Source of the DNA: Alistipes ihumii
GTDB lineage: Bacteria > Bacteroidota > Bacteroidia > Bacteroidales > Bacteroidaceae
Assembly: GCA_963626085.1 (NCBI GenBank)
Contig: CAVFVJ010000033.1
Coordinates: 32,006-96,005 of the forward strand
DNA: 64,000 nt
Reading direction: 5' to 3'
A program made the position numbers and the translations under genes. How positions within the stretch are numbered: position 1 is the first letter of the stretch; the number at the start of each line of letters is the position of its first letter. Below are positions 39,360-48,618 of this stretch, piece after piece. Below the pieces are notes generated by a model. That model was not told the origin of the DNA and searched no databases. It worked only from the letters and a program-made list of their open reading frames with translations.

Positions 39360-39892
39360 TGGAGAAAGACAATATCATACTCGTGGGCTATATGGGAGCA
39401 GGCAAGACCACTCTCGGCAAGGCACTGGCTACAAGCATGGGACGTGAGTTCCACGACCTCGACTGGTTGATAGAGGAACAAACTGGTATGACAATACCGC
39501 AGATATTCGCAAAACAGGGCGAGAACGGATTCCGTCAGATTGAACGACAAACGCTAATGAATGCGGTGGGCAGAAACGGCATGGTATTGGCGGTTGGAGG
39601 CGGCACACCCTGTTTCTTCGACAATATAGACGTGATGAACAGCCATGCACGGACAGTATACTTGCAAGCGTCACCCGAGACCTTGATGGCACATATACGG
39701 ATGGGCGGCTCGAAGCGTCCGCTGGTAGACGGCAAGACTGACAGCGAACTGCTCGACTACATCGAACACTCACTCAAGGCGAGGGAGCCGTTCTACAACC
39801 ATGCTAACTACAAGGTGGCGATTGGCACCATCACTGACAACAAGCAGATTGATGAATACGTGGACAAAATAAAAGACATACTAAAGAAATGA
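39359..39892 (+). CDS. aroK: shikimate kinase
   Basis: MEKDNIILVGYMGAGKTTLGKALA Walker A, then ...GGGTPCF. The ATG shares one base with the topA TGA (TGATG). Confidence 0.9.
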   Translation: MEKDNIILVGYMGAGKTTLGKALATSMGREFHDLDWLIEEQTGMTIPQIFAKQGENGFRQIERQTLMNAVGRNGMVLAVGGGTPCFFDNIDVMNSHARTVYLQASPETLMAHIRMGGSKRPLVDGKTDSELLDYIEHSLKAREPFYNHANYKVAIGTITDNKQIDEYVDKIKDILKK

Positions 39893-40662
39893 CACAACTA
39901 ACAGTAGTTAAAGTTGGTGGAAAAATCGTTGAGGAACCAGAATCGCTGGAGAGGCTCCTCAACGATTTCTCCGCTATTAAGGGAAACAAGATTTTGGTAC
40001 ATGGTGGTGGCAGGAGCGCTACCAAAATTGCATCACAACTCGGCATTGAGACGAAGATGGTAGACGGCAGGCGAGTCACCGACGAGGAGATGTTGAGAGT
40101 GGTTACCATGGTCTATGGAGGACTGGTCAACAAGAACATCGTGTCACAGCTACAGGCGCGCGGCATCAATGCACTGGGACTGACCGGAGCGGACATGAAC
40201 GTGATAAGGTCGCACAAGAGAAGTCCCGAACCGGTGGACTTCGGGTTCGTGGGAGACGTAGACAAGGTGGATGGCGCACGGCTATCCATGCTTATCGACT
40301 CGGGTATCGTACCAGTCTTGGCTCCATTGACACACGACGGTAACGGAAGTCTACTGAACACCAATGCCGACACAATCGCCGGTGAGGTGGCAAAAGCCAT
40401 GACCACCTTTTATGACGTGACCCTCATGTACTGCTTCGAAAAAGCAGGAGTGCTGGCAGACGAGAACGACGACGAGAGTGTGATTTGTCATATCAACGAA
40501 GACGACTTCCACCGACTGGTGAACGACAAAGTTATTCAAGGCGGTATGATTCCCAAAGTGCAGAATGCGCTGTCCGCTGTAAATGCCGGAGTAAAAGAGG
40601 TTATCATCACCAAAGCCACTGCCATAGACGGTGCACATGGAACGAAAATAGCTAAAGAATAA
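39889..40662 (+). CDS. argB: acetylglutamate kinase (amino-acid kinase family)
   Basis: VVKVGGKIVE...ILVHGGG...VDGRRVTDEE...LNTNADT motifs. ATGA overlap with the aroK stop. Confidence 0.9.
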   Translation: MTQLTVVKVGGKIVEEPESLERLLNDFSAIKGNKILVHGGGRSATKIASQLGIETKMVDGRRVTDEEMLRVVTMVYGGLVNKNIVSQLQARGINALGLTGADMNVIRSHKRSPEPVDFGFVGDVDKVDGARLSMLIDSGIVPVLAPLTHDGNGSLLNTNADTIAGEVAKAMTTFYDVTLMYCFEKAGVLADENDDESVICHINEDDFHRLVNDKVIQGGMIPKVQNALSAVNAGVKEVIITKATAIDGAHGTKIAKE

Positions 40663-40719
40663 AAAAATTGCATCCACACTGTAACTTTACCGTCACTTGT
40701 CCGTCTTAATTGTAGAGAG

Positions 40720-41226
40720 ATGAAAGAAATCAGCTTCACGAACGATGTGTATCCTCTGAAAGACAAGCTGTTTAGGCTCGCTTTAAGGATATGTCTCAAC
40801 AGGCAGGATGCAGAAGACATCGTTCAAGATACGCTGGTAAAGGTTTGGGACATGAGGGATGAGTGGCAGGACATCCATAATATCGAGGTTTACTCGATGA
40901 GGATCTGCCAGAATCTCGCGCTCGACAGAATAGAGAAGAAGGAGAGACACAACGTCTCGCTCGACGAGATGGTTCACGACCGAGCTGACACCTCTTTGGC
41001 TCAAGACAGTATGCTGATAAGGCAACAAGAGTATGCTTCAGTCAGCAAGATTATCGGAACACTCCCAGAGAAGCAACGGGCTACGATACAACTCCGTGAC
41101 ATCGAAGGGAAGAGCTATCAAGAGATTGCCGACATCATGGGTATCACTGTAGCAGACGTCAAGGTCAACATCTTCCGAGCCAGACAAACAATAAAAGACA
41201 GGTTTCTCAAACAGGACAAGAAGTAG
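40720..41226 (+). CDS. ECF-type RNA polymerase sigma-70 family factor
   Basis: 168 aa with region 2 (AEDIVQDTLVKVW) and region 4 HTH (SYQEIADIMGITVADVKVNIFRARQ). Confidence 0.9.
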   Translation: MKEISFTNDVYPLKDKLFRLALRICLNRQDAEDIVQDTLVKVWDMRDEWQDIHNIEVYSMRICQNLALDRIEKKERHNVSLDEMVHDRADTSLAQDSMLIRQQEYASVSKIIGTLPEKQRATIQLRDIEGKSYQEIADIMGITVADVKVNIFRARQTIKDRFLKQDKK

Positions 41227-41229
41227 AAA

Positions 41230-41739
41230 ATGATGAATTATCAATATATAGAACAGTTGTTGGACCGCTACTGGGAGGGCACGACGACATTGGAGGAGGA
41301 ACAGATATTGCGTTCATTCTTCAGTCAGCCTGACATCCCAGAGAATATGAGGCAGTATGCTCCGCTATTCCGCTACGAGTTGGAAGAGAAGAACGTGTGC
41401 CTCGGCAAGGATTTCGACACGCGAATGGCAGACCTCATCAACAGCGAGACGAAGGTAAAGGCAAAGCGCATCAGATTGTCCACACGGTTCGCACCGCTGT
41501 TGAAGGCAGTTGCTTTGGTTGCTGTGGCAATCACGATAGGCAACATATCGGAGAGGACCATGCAAACCAACTCGGTCGGTGCGGAGGCTGTCACTGCAGG
41601 TGATACCTACACACGGAAAGAGGACATAACAGCCAAGATAAAGGTCATCGACAAGAATCGGTCGGACGCGATGGCAAAGGCCGACTCGCTTGGTCACCGC
41701 TCGTCAGTAGTTGAACACGATGAGGTGACTTACGAATAG
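41230..41739 (+). CDS. putative single-pass anti-sigma factor / hypothetical membrane protein
   Basis: Starts 3 nt after the sigma gene. One TM helix (FAPLLKAVALVAVAITIG). No recognisable catalytic motifs. Confidence 0.6.
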   Translation: MMNYQYIEQLLDRYWEGTTTLEEEQILRSFFSQPDIPENMRQYAPLFRYELEEKNVCLGKDFDTRMADLINSETKVKAKRIRLSTRFAPLLKAVALVAVAITIGNISERTMQTNSVGAEAVTAGDTYTRKEDITAKIKVIDKNRSDAMAKADSLGHRSSVVEHDEVTYE

Positions 41740-41868
41740 CAATATGACAAATGGAACGAAAAAAAACAATCATTTCTTTTATATGCTTTAACTAAAACCT
41801 AATTACGAATGAGACTGTGAAGTTTCAATTCTCTCAAAACATCAAAAAGTAGACACTACTTTTGGAAT

Positions 41869-41899
41869 AAGGACCAAGGCAACAGCCAAGGTCCTTTTT
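41869..41899 (+). terminator. hairpin plus T tract downstream of the sigma/anti-sigma pair
   Basis: AAGGACC (41869-41875) pairs with GGTCCTT (41890-41896), followed by TTT. Three extra inner base pairs are possible. Confidence 0.5.
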
Positions 41900-42034
41900 C
41901 TGTACTCACACCTGTCATTGTCTTGAAGGTAACTGCTGACAGTTTCATTATGCAATAATTGACGCACATAGTGTTTTATGCATTAAGCGCCATTTTTACT
42001 TGCGGATTTGTTTGGTCATGAAATGAACTTTTTC

Positions 42035-42042
42035 TAATTTTG
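42035..42042 (+). promoter_or_regulatory. -7 box (TAATTTTG) for korAB
   Basis: Exact TAnnTTTG match 89 nt upstream of the korA ATG. Confidence 0.4.
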
Positions 42043-42130
42043 CAATAGATATTCATGCATTATGCAATAGGCTCAACTATGGCTTCTGCTCTTTCATGAC
42101 TAAGTGTAAAATGAACTATATAAAGTTTTT

Positions 42131-43981
42131 ATGTCAGACGAATTGGAAATAAAGGAATTGGACAGCGTAGTTGTCCGATTCTCAGGCGACTCAGGCGACG
42201 GTATGCAACTCGCCGGAAACATCTTCTCTACAGTGTCTGCCACTGTAGGTAACAGTATCAGCACATTCCCTGATTATCCAGCGGACATACGTGCCCCACA
42301 AGGATCACTCACCGGAGTATCAGGCTTTCAAGTACACATCGGTGCAAGCAAAGTCTACACCCCGGGTGACAAGTGCGACGTGCTCGTGGCTATGAATGCA
42401 GCAGCCTTGAAGACACAGTACCGTTATGCCAAGCCCGGCGCCGCCATTATCATCGACACCGATGCCTTTGGTCAGCGCGACTTAGAGAAAGCTGCTTTCA
42501 AGACCAACGACTACCTCGGAGAGATGGGAATCGACCCCGACAGAGTTATCGCCTGTCCAATCACACAGATGGTGAAGGACTGCCTTGCCGACTCAGGCAT
42601 GGACGCAAAAGCCATGCTGAAATGTCGCAACATGTTTGCCCTAGGACTTGTCTGCTGGTTGTTCGACCGTGACTTGGACGTGGCGTTCAACTTCCTCAAA
42701 GAGAAGTTTGCAAAGAAAGCGGGTGTAGCTGAAGCCAACATCAAGGTAATCCAAGCTGGATACGATTACGGACACAATACACATAGCTCGGTAGCCAACG
42801 TCTACAGGATAGAGACAAAAGAGAAAACACCTGGACGTTATATGGACATCACTGGTAACAAGGCTACTGCATACGGACTTATAGCAGCTGCTGAGAAGGC
42901 TGGACTCAAACTCTATTTGGGTTCTTACCCTATCACCCCGGCTACAGACATACTGCATGAACTGTCAAAGCACAAGTCACTGGGTGTAACTACAGTGCAG
43001 TGTGAAGATGAGATTGCGGGATGTGCGTCTGCTGTGGGAGCATCCTTCGCAGGAGCATTGGCAGCAACATCCACTTCTGGACCTGGCATCTGCCTCAAGA
43101 GCGAGGCAATGAACCTGGCGGTCATCATGGAACTGCCGTTGGTGGTCATCGACGTACAACGCGGTGGTCCTGCCACAGGTCTCCCAACCAAGTCGGAGCA
43201 GACAGACTTGCTACAGTGTCTCTTCGGACGTAACGGTGAGAGTCCGATGCCTGTCATCGCTGCCACCAGTCCAACCGACTGTTTCGATGCCGCATACGCT
43301 GCATGTAAGATTGCCTTGGAGCACATGACCCCAGTCATCCTCATGACAGACGCTTACGTGGCAAACGGTTCAGGCGCATTCAAGTTGCCCGACTTGGCGG
43401 ACTATCCAGCCATCAACCCGCCATACGTACCAGAGGAACTGAAGGGTACATGGACTCCGTACATGCGTGACGAGAAGACCCAGGTACGCTACTGGGCTGT
43501 GCCAGGACGTGAAGGGTTCGAGCATATCCTCGGAGGACTGGAGAAAGACAGTAAGACGGGTGCTATATCCACTGACCCTGAGAACCATGACATCATGACC
43601 CATCTGCGTCAGGAGAAGATTGATAAGATTGCCGTGCCCGATCTTAAGGTGGCAGGCGACAAGGACGATGCCGACCTGCTCATCGTAGGCTTCGGTGGCA
43701 CATACGGTCATCTTCACGCTGCCATGGACGAGATGCGCAAGTCTGGCAAGAAGGTTGCGCTCGCCCACTTTAAGTACATCAACCCACTGCCGGCAAACAC
43801 ATCAGAGGTGCTGAAGAAATACAAGAAGGTGGTTGTAGCGGAACAGAATATGGGTCAACTGGCGGGATGGCTTCGCATGAAGGTAGATAATTTCGTGCCA
43901 TATCAGTTCAACCAAGTGAAGGGACAGCCGTTCGTTGTGGCTGAACTCGTCGAGGCATTCAGTAATATCATCAACAAATAA
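42131..43981 (+). CDS. korA: 2-oxoacid (2-oxoglutarate):ferredoxin oxidoreductase, alpha subunit
   Basis: 616 aa. Fused gamma-like and alpha-like OFOR domains (RFSGDSGDGMQLAG..., GSYPITPATD, QRGGPATGLPT). Confidence 0.9.
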   Translation: MSDELEIKELDSVVVRFSGDSGDGMQLAGNIFSTVSATVGNSISTFPDYPADIRAPQGSLTGVSGFQVHIGASKVYTPGDKCDVLVAMNAAALKTQYRYAKPGAAIIIDTDAFGQRDLEKAAFKTNDYLGEMGIDPDRVIACPITQMVKDCLADSGMDAKAMLKCRNMFALGLVCWLFDRDLDVAFNFLKEKFAKKAGVAEANIKVIQAGYDYGHNTHSSVANVYRIETKEKTPGRYMDITGNKATAYGLIAAAEKAGLKLYLGSYPITPATDILHELSKHKSLGVTTVQCEDEIAGCASAVGASFAGALAATSTSGPGICLKSEAMNLAVIMELPLVVIDVQRGGPATGLPTKSEQTDLLQCLFGRNGESPMPVIAATSPTDCFDAAYAACKIALEHMTPVILMTDAYVANGSGAFKLPDLADYPAINPPYVPEELKGTWTPYMRDEKTQVRYWAVPGREGFEHILGGLEKDSKTGAISTDPENHDIMTHLRQEKIDKIAVPDLKVAGDKDDADLLIVGFGGTYGHLHAAMDEMRKSGKKVALAHFKYINPLPANTSEVLKKYKKVVVAEQNMGQLAGWLRMKVDNFVPYQFNQVKGQPFVVAELVEAFSNIINK

Positions 43982-43998
43982 CAGAAAGGACAATCATT

Positions 43999-45003
43999 AT
44001 GGCATATACAGCAGTAAACTATAAGAAAGGACAGCCAAGATGGTGTCCTGGATGTGGCGACCATTTCTTCCTCGCATCACTCCATAAGGCTATGGCGGAG
44101 ATTGGTGTCGCTCCAAATGACATTGCGGTCATCTCTGGCATCGGTTGCTCAAGCCGTCTGCCTCATTACATGGCGACCTACGGCATGAACACCATACACG
44201 GACGTGCAGCTGCCATTGCAACAGGATGCAAGGTTGCAAACCCAAACCTCACGGTATGGCAGGTGAGTGGTGACGGTGACGGACTCGCCATCGGTGGCAA
44301 CCACTTCATCCACGCCAACCGCCGTAACATCAACCTCAACATGATACTCCTCAACAACCGCATATACGGTCTTACCAAGGGACAGTACAGCCCTACGAGT
44401 CCACGAGGCTTCGTGAGCAAGTCCAGCCCCTATGGAACGGTAGAGGATCCGTTCCGTCCAGCAGAACTCTGCTTCGGAGCACGCGGTCATTTCTTCGCAC
44501 GTGCCGTGGCTACTGATGCGGCAGGTACGGTGGAGATACTCAAGGCGGCATACAACCACCAGGGAGCGAGCGTATGCGAGATTCTCCAGAACTGTGTCAT
44601 CTTCAACAACGGTACACACGACTCAGTGTACACCAAGGAAACCCGTGCCAAGAACGCCATCTACGTGGAGCACGGCAAGCCGCTGGTGTTCGGAGAGAAC
44701 AACGAGTTCGGACTGATGCAGGAAGGCTTCGGACTGAAAATCGTAGAGATTGGCAAGGACGGCATCACCATGGACGACATACTCGTGCACGACGCACACT
44801 GCGAGGACAACACTCTGCAACTCAAGCTCGCCCTCATGGGCAACAACGACGGCTTCCCTGTAGCTCTCGGTGTCATCCGTGATGTGGCTGCACCTACATA
44901 TGACGAGGGTGTAAGCAAACAGATTGAAGAGGTGAAGGCAGCAAAGAAATACCATAACTTTGCCGAACTCCTCGAGACCAACGACATCTGGGAAGTTAAA
45001 TGA
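43999..45003 (+). CDS. korB: 2-oxoacid:ferredoxin oxidoreductase, beta (TPP-binding) subunit
   Basis: WCPGCGDH N-terminal motif, GIGCSSR, and the TPP motif GDGDGLAIGGNH. Confidence 0.92.
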   Translation: MAYTAVNYKKGQPRWCPGCGDHFFLASLHKAMAEIGVAPNDIAVISGIGCSSRLPHYMATYGMNTIHGRAAAIATGCKVANPNLTVWQVSGDGDGLAIGGNHFIHANRRNINLNMILLNNRIYGLTKGQYSPTSPRGFVSKSSPYGTVEDPFRPAELCFGARGHFFARAVATDAAGTVEILKAAYNHQGASVCEILQNCVIFNNGTHDSVYTKETRAKNAIYVEHGKPLVFGENNEFGLMQEGFGLKIVEIGKDGITMDDILVHDAHCEDNTLQLKLALMGNNDGFPVALGVIRDVAAPTYDEGVSKQIEEVKAAKKYHNFAELLETNDIWEVK

Positions 45004-45033
45004 TATCCCTCTACTACAAATATATCTTTGATG

Positions 45034-45075
45034 AAAGCTGGACAACAACATACCGTTGCCCAGCTTTTGTTTATA
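45034..45075 (+). terminator. hairpin terminator after korB
   Basis: AAAGCTGG (45034-45041) pairs with CCAGCTTT (45060-45067), followed by TGTTTAT. Confidence 0.5.
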
Positions 45076-45288
45076 ATAATCCACCAATATTAACAGTGAA
45101 CTTTCACACGCAAAGATAATAAAAATCATCAACATAAAAGACTCGAAGACACACTTTCTTTTAGTCCTCAACTTCTTTAGCACTTTACATTTCATGCGCA
45201 ACTGCACAGCATCAAGTTCAATACAATATAGTTAAGTTTGTCCAAAAGAACAGATCATCTTTAACTGTCCTCCAACACCGCTAAAAAT

Positions 45289-45369
45289 GGGGCTCGAGTG
45301 AAAGGGTCATTTCACTCGAGTGAATTGATCGTTTCACTCGAGTGGATCGATCGATTCACTCGAGTGAAC
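45289..45369. repeat. four copies of a CTCGAG-centred palindrome (TTCACTCGAGTGAA) at exact 22-bp spacing
   Basis: CTCGAG cores at 45293, 45315, 45337 and 45359. Copy 2 is a perfect 14-bp palindrome. Copy 1 has a degenerate left arm (GGCTCGAGTGAA). Copy 3 has one mismatch (GTGG). Neighbouring copies can also pair with each other: CTCGAGTGAAA (45293-45303) pairs with TTTCACTCGAG (45310-45320). Confidence 0.9.
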
Positions 45370-45758
45370 AAAATAGGGTGTTCTGGACCTTTTTCGGGTC
45401 ACTTTTTATTGTCCTCCTGAAAGTGTCAATATTGCAATTAAAAAGAAGAACTCTACATTGCTAGATGGATTACGCTTTTGTTCATGCATCATTTTTTCGT
45501 TGAAAAGGTTTTACATCCTTGCTTGTATTCTCACAGAAAATCATTACCTTTGCATATAGTATGCCATAAACGCCCAAACTCAATTTGCATCTTTTGTATA
45601 ATAAGGAGACATACTGTAAATGCAAATGCGTACACAACGAGAAGTTCAGCCAAACACCTTGTAGACCTAGCAGCAACAAAACAAAGCCTTGGCAAAGAAA
45701 AATCGAACCGATTCGAAAAAAAACGATTAAAAAGTTTTGTCATTATAGATTTATGCTT

Positions 45759-45766
45759 TACCTTTG
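45759..45766 (+). promoter_or_regulatory. -7 box (TACCTTTG) for the T9SS cargo gene
   Basis: Exact TAnnTTTG match 64 nt upstream of the ATG at 45830. Confidence 0.45.
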
Positions 45767-45829
45767 CCGTGGATTATAGTCCAGTATAACGATTGAATGA
45801 ACAATAACAAACAAAAATAAGAATTGTAT

Positions 45830-46507
45830 ATGAAGAAAATTTTACTTTCACTCGCTGCATTGGTTGCTGCTGTATCAGTGGACGCACAGACCAACAGCCT
45901 TTACATCAAGGTTGGTGAGTCAGAGACAACATCAAAGATTCCAGTGAACATCTATATGACAAATGAAGCCAGCATTATCGGTTTGCAGGCAAGTTACGCT
46001 CTTCCAACCGGACTGACTCACGAGAACTCCATCTACGACAATGACAACAAGGAATATGTTGCGCTGAACAGTGAACGTTGCGCCAGCGAGTTCTCAAAGT
46101 ACAAGGTTGAGATGTTCACCAACTCAAAACCTGAAGATTTGCTTCTCTCAGTTACAGCAGGAGCAACAAATGCGTCAATCACCGCAGGTGACGGTCTTAT
46201 CGGCACTTTCTACTTCGATGGCAGTTCATTAGATGACGGCACATATGAAGTGGCACAGTATACTGCTACCATCTTCCCAAGTGCAACTGAGCGTATCGAC
46301 ATCGACAGCCGCTCTACAAGTGACGATGACCTCAAGGCATCATTCACCATCAAGGAAGGCAAAGTGATTGGTACTACTACAGGCATCAACAGCATCATTT
46401 CAACCGATGAGGCAGCAGACGGCATCTACAACATCGCAGGTCAGCGTCTGAATGCACCTCAGAAAGGACTGAACATTGTTGGCGGCAAGAAAGTATTGAT
46501 TAAGTAA
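45830..46507 (+). CDS. small secreted protein with T9SS C-terminal sorting domain
   Basis: Signal peptide MKKILLSLAALVAAVSVDAQ. The C-terminus ...DGIYNIAGQRLNAPQKGLNIVGGKKVLIK is the typical Prevotella/Bacteroides Por-secretion-tail ending. Confidence 0.85.
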   Translation: MKKILLSLAALVAAVSVDAQTNSLYIKVGESETTSKIPVNIYMTNEASIIGLQASYALPTGLTHENSIYDNDNKEYVALNSERCASEFSKYKVEMFTNSKPEDLLLSVTAGATNASITAGDGLIGTFYFDGSSLDDGTYEVAQYTATIFPSATERIDIDSRSTSDDDLKASFTIKEGKVIGTTTGINSIISTDEAADGIYNIAGQRLNAPQKGLNIVGGKKVLIK

Positions 46508-46537
46508 TCATCATTCTTAGTCATTCCGACCAGTATA

Positions 46538-46570
46538 AAGCCTGAGACCCAAACGGTCTCAGGCTTTCTC
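46538..46570 (+). terminator. rho-independent terminator after the cargo gene
   Basis: AAGCCTGAGACC (46538-46549) pairs with GGTCTCAGGCTT (46555-46566), a 12-bp stem with a 5-nt loop, followed by TCTCGTT. Confidence 0.75.
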
Positions 46571-46670
46571 GTTGTACAGAGCGACTCTCTATCACAACAC
46601 CAAAAGTCCACGCAAAGTGAATATTAAGCGTTAAACACGTTTATTATTTTGTAATATCGGGGAAAAGCCG

Positions 46671-46678
46671 TATTTTTG
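46671..46678 (+). promoter_or_regulatory. -7 box (TATTTTTG) for dxs
   Basis: Exact TAnnTTTG match 24 nt upstream of the dxs ATG. Confidence 0.5.
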
Positions 46679-46701
46679 CAAATTAAGAATGAGAAACATA
46701 T

Positions 46702-48618
46702 ATGACTCTACAAAATAAAGAATTCACACTCCTGTCAAAAATAGAATACCCACAAGATCTAAGGAAACTGGAAGTGAACCAGTTGCCACAGTTATGTGAC
46801 GAGATACGTCAGGACATCATAGAAGAATTGTCAGTCAATCCAGGACACCTCGCATCAAGTCTGGGAGCTGTAGAGATAATAGTAGCGTTACACTATGTGT
46901 TCAACACACCAGACGACAGGCTGGTATGGGACGTAGGGCATCAGGCTTATGCACACAAGATACTCACTGGCCGCAAGGAACGGTTCAGTACCAACAGAAA
47001 GTTTCACGGACTGAAACCATTTCCATTCCCCTCAGAGAGTGTCTATGACTCCTTCTGCTGCGGACATGCATCCAACTCTATCTCTGCGGCTTTAGGCATG
47101 GCAGTCGCCGCCAAACGGCAAGGACTCGACCGCAGAGTGGTGGCAGTAATAGGTGACGGGGCAATGAGCGGTGGACTGGCATTCGAGGGACTCAACAACG
47201 TGTCGAGTACCCCCAACGACATGCTCATCATACTCAACGACAACAACATGTCGATTGACAAGAGCGTGGGAGGCATGAGGGAGTACCTGCTCAAGCTCAC
47301 CACCAACAGCACATACAACAACCTGAGGTACAAGGCTTCGCTCAAACTCTACGAGTGGGGCATACTGAACGACCAGCGCAAAAAAGGACTCATACGGTTC
47401 CACAACAGCATCAAGTCACTGCTGACACGTCAGCAGAACATCTTCGAGGGTCTCGACATCCGTTACTTCGGGCCGGCAGACGGACATGACGTAAAGGAAC
47501 TGGTAAGGATACTCAGAGCCATCAAGGACATGAAAGGACCGAAAATCCTACATCTGCATACAGTCAAGGGGAAGGGGTACGCTCCTGCGGAACAAAACGC
47601 CACCCTATGGCACGCTCCGGGCAAGTTCGACTACGAGTCTGGTGAACGGCTTGGATGTGACAGTGACACGCCACAACCACCCAAGTATCAAGACGTGTTC
47701 GGACAGACACTGCTTGAATTGGCGCAACAAAACGAGCGTATAGTAGGAGTTACTCCTGCAATGCCCACAGGTTGTTCCATGGATATCATGATGAAAGCGA
47801 TGCCAGACCGAACCTTCGACGTGGGAATTGCCGAGGGACATGCAGTCACGTTCTCAGGCGGCATGGCAAAAGACGGGATGATACCATTCTGCAACATCTA
47901 TTCGTCATTCAGTCAGCGAGCCTATGACAACATCATCCATGATGCAGCCATCATGAACCTCAACCTCGTGCTCTGCCTCGACAGAGCTGGCATCGTCGGA
48001 GAGGACGGACCCACGCACCATGGAGCATTCGACATGGCGTTCCTCCGTCCCATACCAAACCTAACCATTGCATCGCCCTATGACGAACACGAGATGCGCA
48101 AACTGATGTACACAGCCCAATTGCCAGGCAAAGGGACCTTCGTCATACGCTATCCACGCGGCAGCGGTTCCATAATAGGCTGGAAATGTCCGTTTGAGGA
48201 GATACAGGTGGGCAAGGGACGCAAGCTCAAGGATGGAAGTGACATCGCAGTACTCACCATCGGTCCTATAGGCATGGAAGCTGCCAAAGCCATCATCATG
48301 GCAGAGATGAATGCCATGAACAATGGCAAAAAACTAAGTGTGGCACACTATGACATGCGATTCCTTAAACCGATCGACACAGAGCTACTCAAGGAGGTAT
48401 GCGAGAGGTTCGATTATGTCATCACCGTTGAAGACGGCGTCCTCAACGGTGGATTCGGCAGTGCAGTGACCGAATATGTCAACGACAACGGATACAGCAC
48501 CAGGGTACACCGCATGGGTATACCCGATGAGTTTGTGGAACACGGCTCCATCCGCGAACTAAGGAAACTTATACATCTGGATGCAGATGCCATCTGTAAA
48601 GCCATAGAAGAAAAATGA
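46702..48618 (+). CDS. dxs: 1-deoxy-D-xylulose-5-phosphate synthase
   Basis: 638 aa. [29 protein letters not shown], the [11 protein letters not shown] motif and a transketolase-like C-terminus. Confidence 0.96.
   Translation: MTLQNKEFTLLSKIEYPQDLRKLEVNQLPQLCDEIRQDIIEELSVNPGHLASSLGAVEIIVALHYVFNTPDDRLVWDVGHQAYAHKILTGRKERFSTNRKFHGLKPFPFPSESVYDSFCCGHASNSISAALGMAVAAKRQGLDRRVVAVIGDGAMSGGLAFEGLNNVSSTPNDMLIILNDNNMSIDKSVGGMREYLLKLTTNSTYNNLRYKASLKLYEWGILNDQRKKGLIRFHNSIKSLLTRQQNIFEGLDIRYFGPADGHDVKELVRILRAIKDMKGPKILHLHTVKGKGYAPAEQNATLWHAPGKFDYESGERLGCDSDTPQPPKYQDVFGQTLLELAQQNERIVGVTPAMPTGCSMDIMMKAMPDRTFDVGIAEGHAVTFSGGMAKDGMIPFCNIYSSFSQRAYDNIIHDAAIMNLNLVLCLDRAGIVGEDGPTHHGAFDMAFLRPIPNLTIASPYDEHEMRKLMYTAQLPGKGTFVIRYPRGSGSIIGWKCPFEEIQVGKGRKLKDGSDIAVLTIGPIGMEAAKAIIMAEMNAMNNGKKLSVAHYDMRFLKPIDTELLKEVCERFDYVITVEDGVLNGGFGSAVTEYVNDNGYSTRVHRMGIPDEFVEHGSIRELRKLIHLDADAICKAIEEK

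Noticed and set aside
44623-45207. 194-aa minus-strand ORF spanning the korB 3' end and the intergenic region
   Set aside because: More than half is antisense to korB. The remainder is AT-rich low-complexity sequence, with no promoter box or signal features.
45289-45369. CRISPR array or plasmid-type iteron origin as an explanation for the 22-bp repeats
   Set aside because: The units are only 22 bp in total, with spacers of 8 to 10 bp, far too short for CRISPR, and there are no cas genes. For an origin I see no DnaA boxes (the nearest, TAATCCACC at about 45078, has 3 mismatches), no rep gene and no plasmid or ICE context. An operator or structured-RNA explanation is preferred, though iteron-like protein binding is not fully excluded.
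45695-45720. tRNA-like GGTTCGA T-loop sequence on the minus strand
   Set aside because: The flanks cannot form a 5-bp T stem, and no acceptor or anticodon arms can be drawn. Not a tRNA.
45478-45789. 103-aa ORF (and overlapping 64- to 70-aa ORFs) in the large intergenic region
   Set aside because: AT-rich, with low-complexity basic composition and several mutually overlapping frames of similar length. No recognisable motif and no sensible start context. Treated as non-coding.
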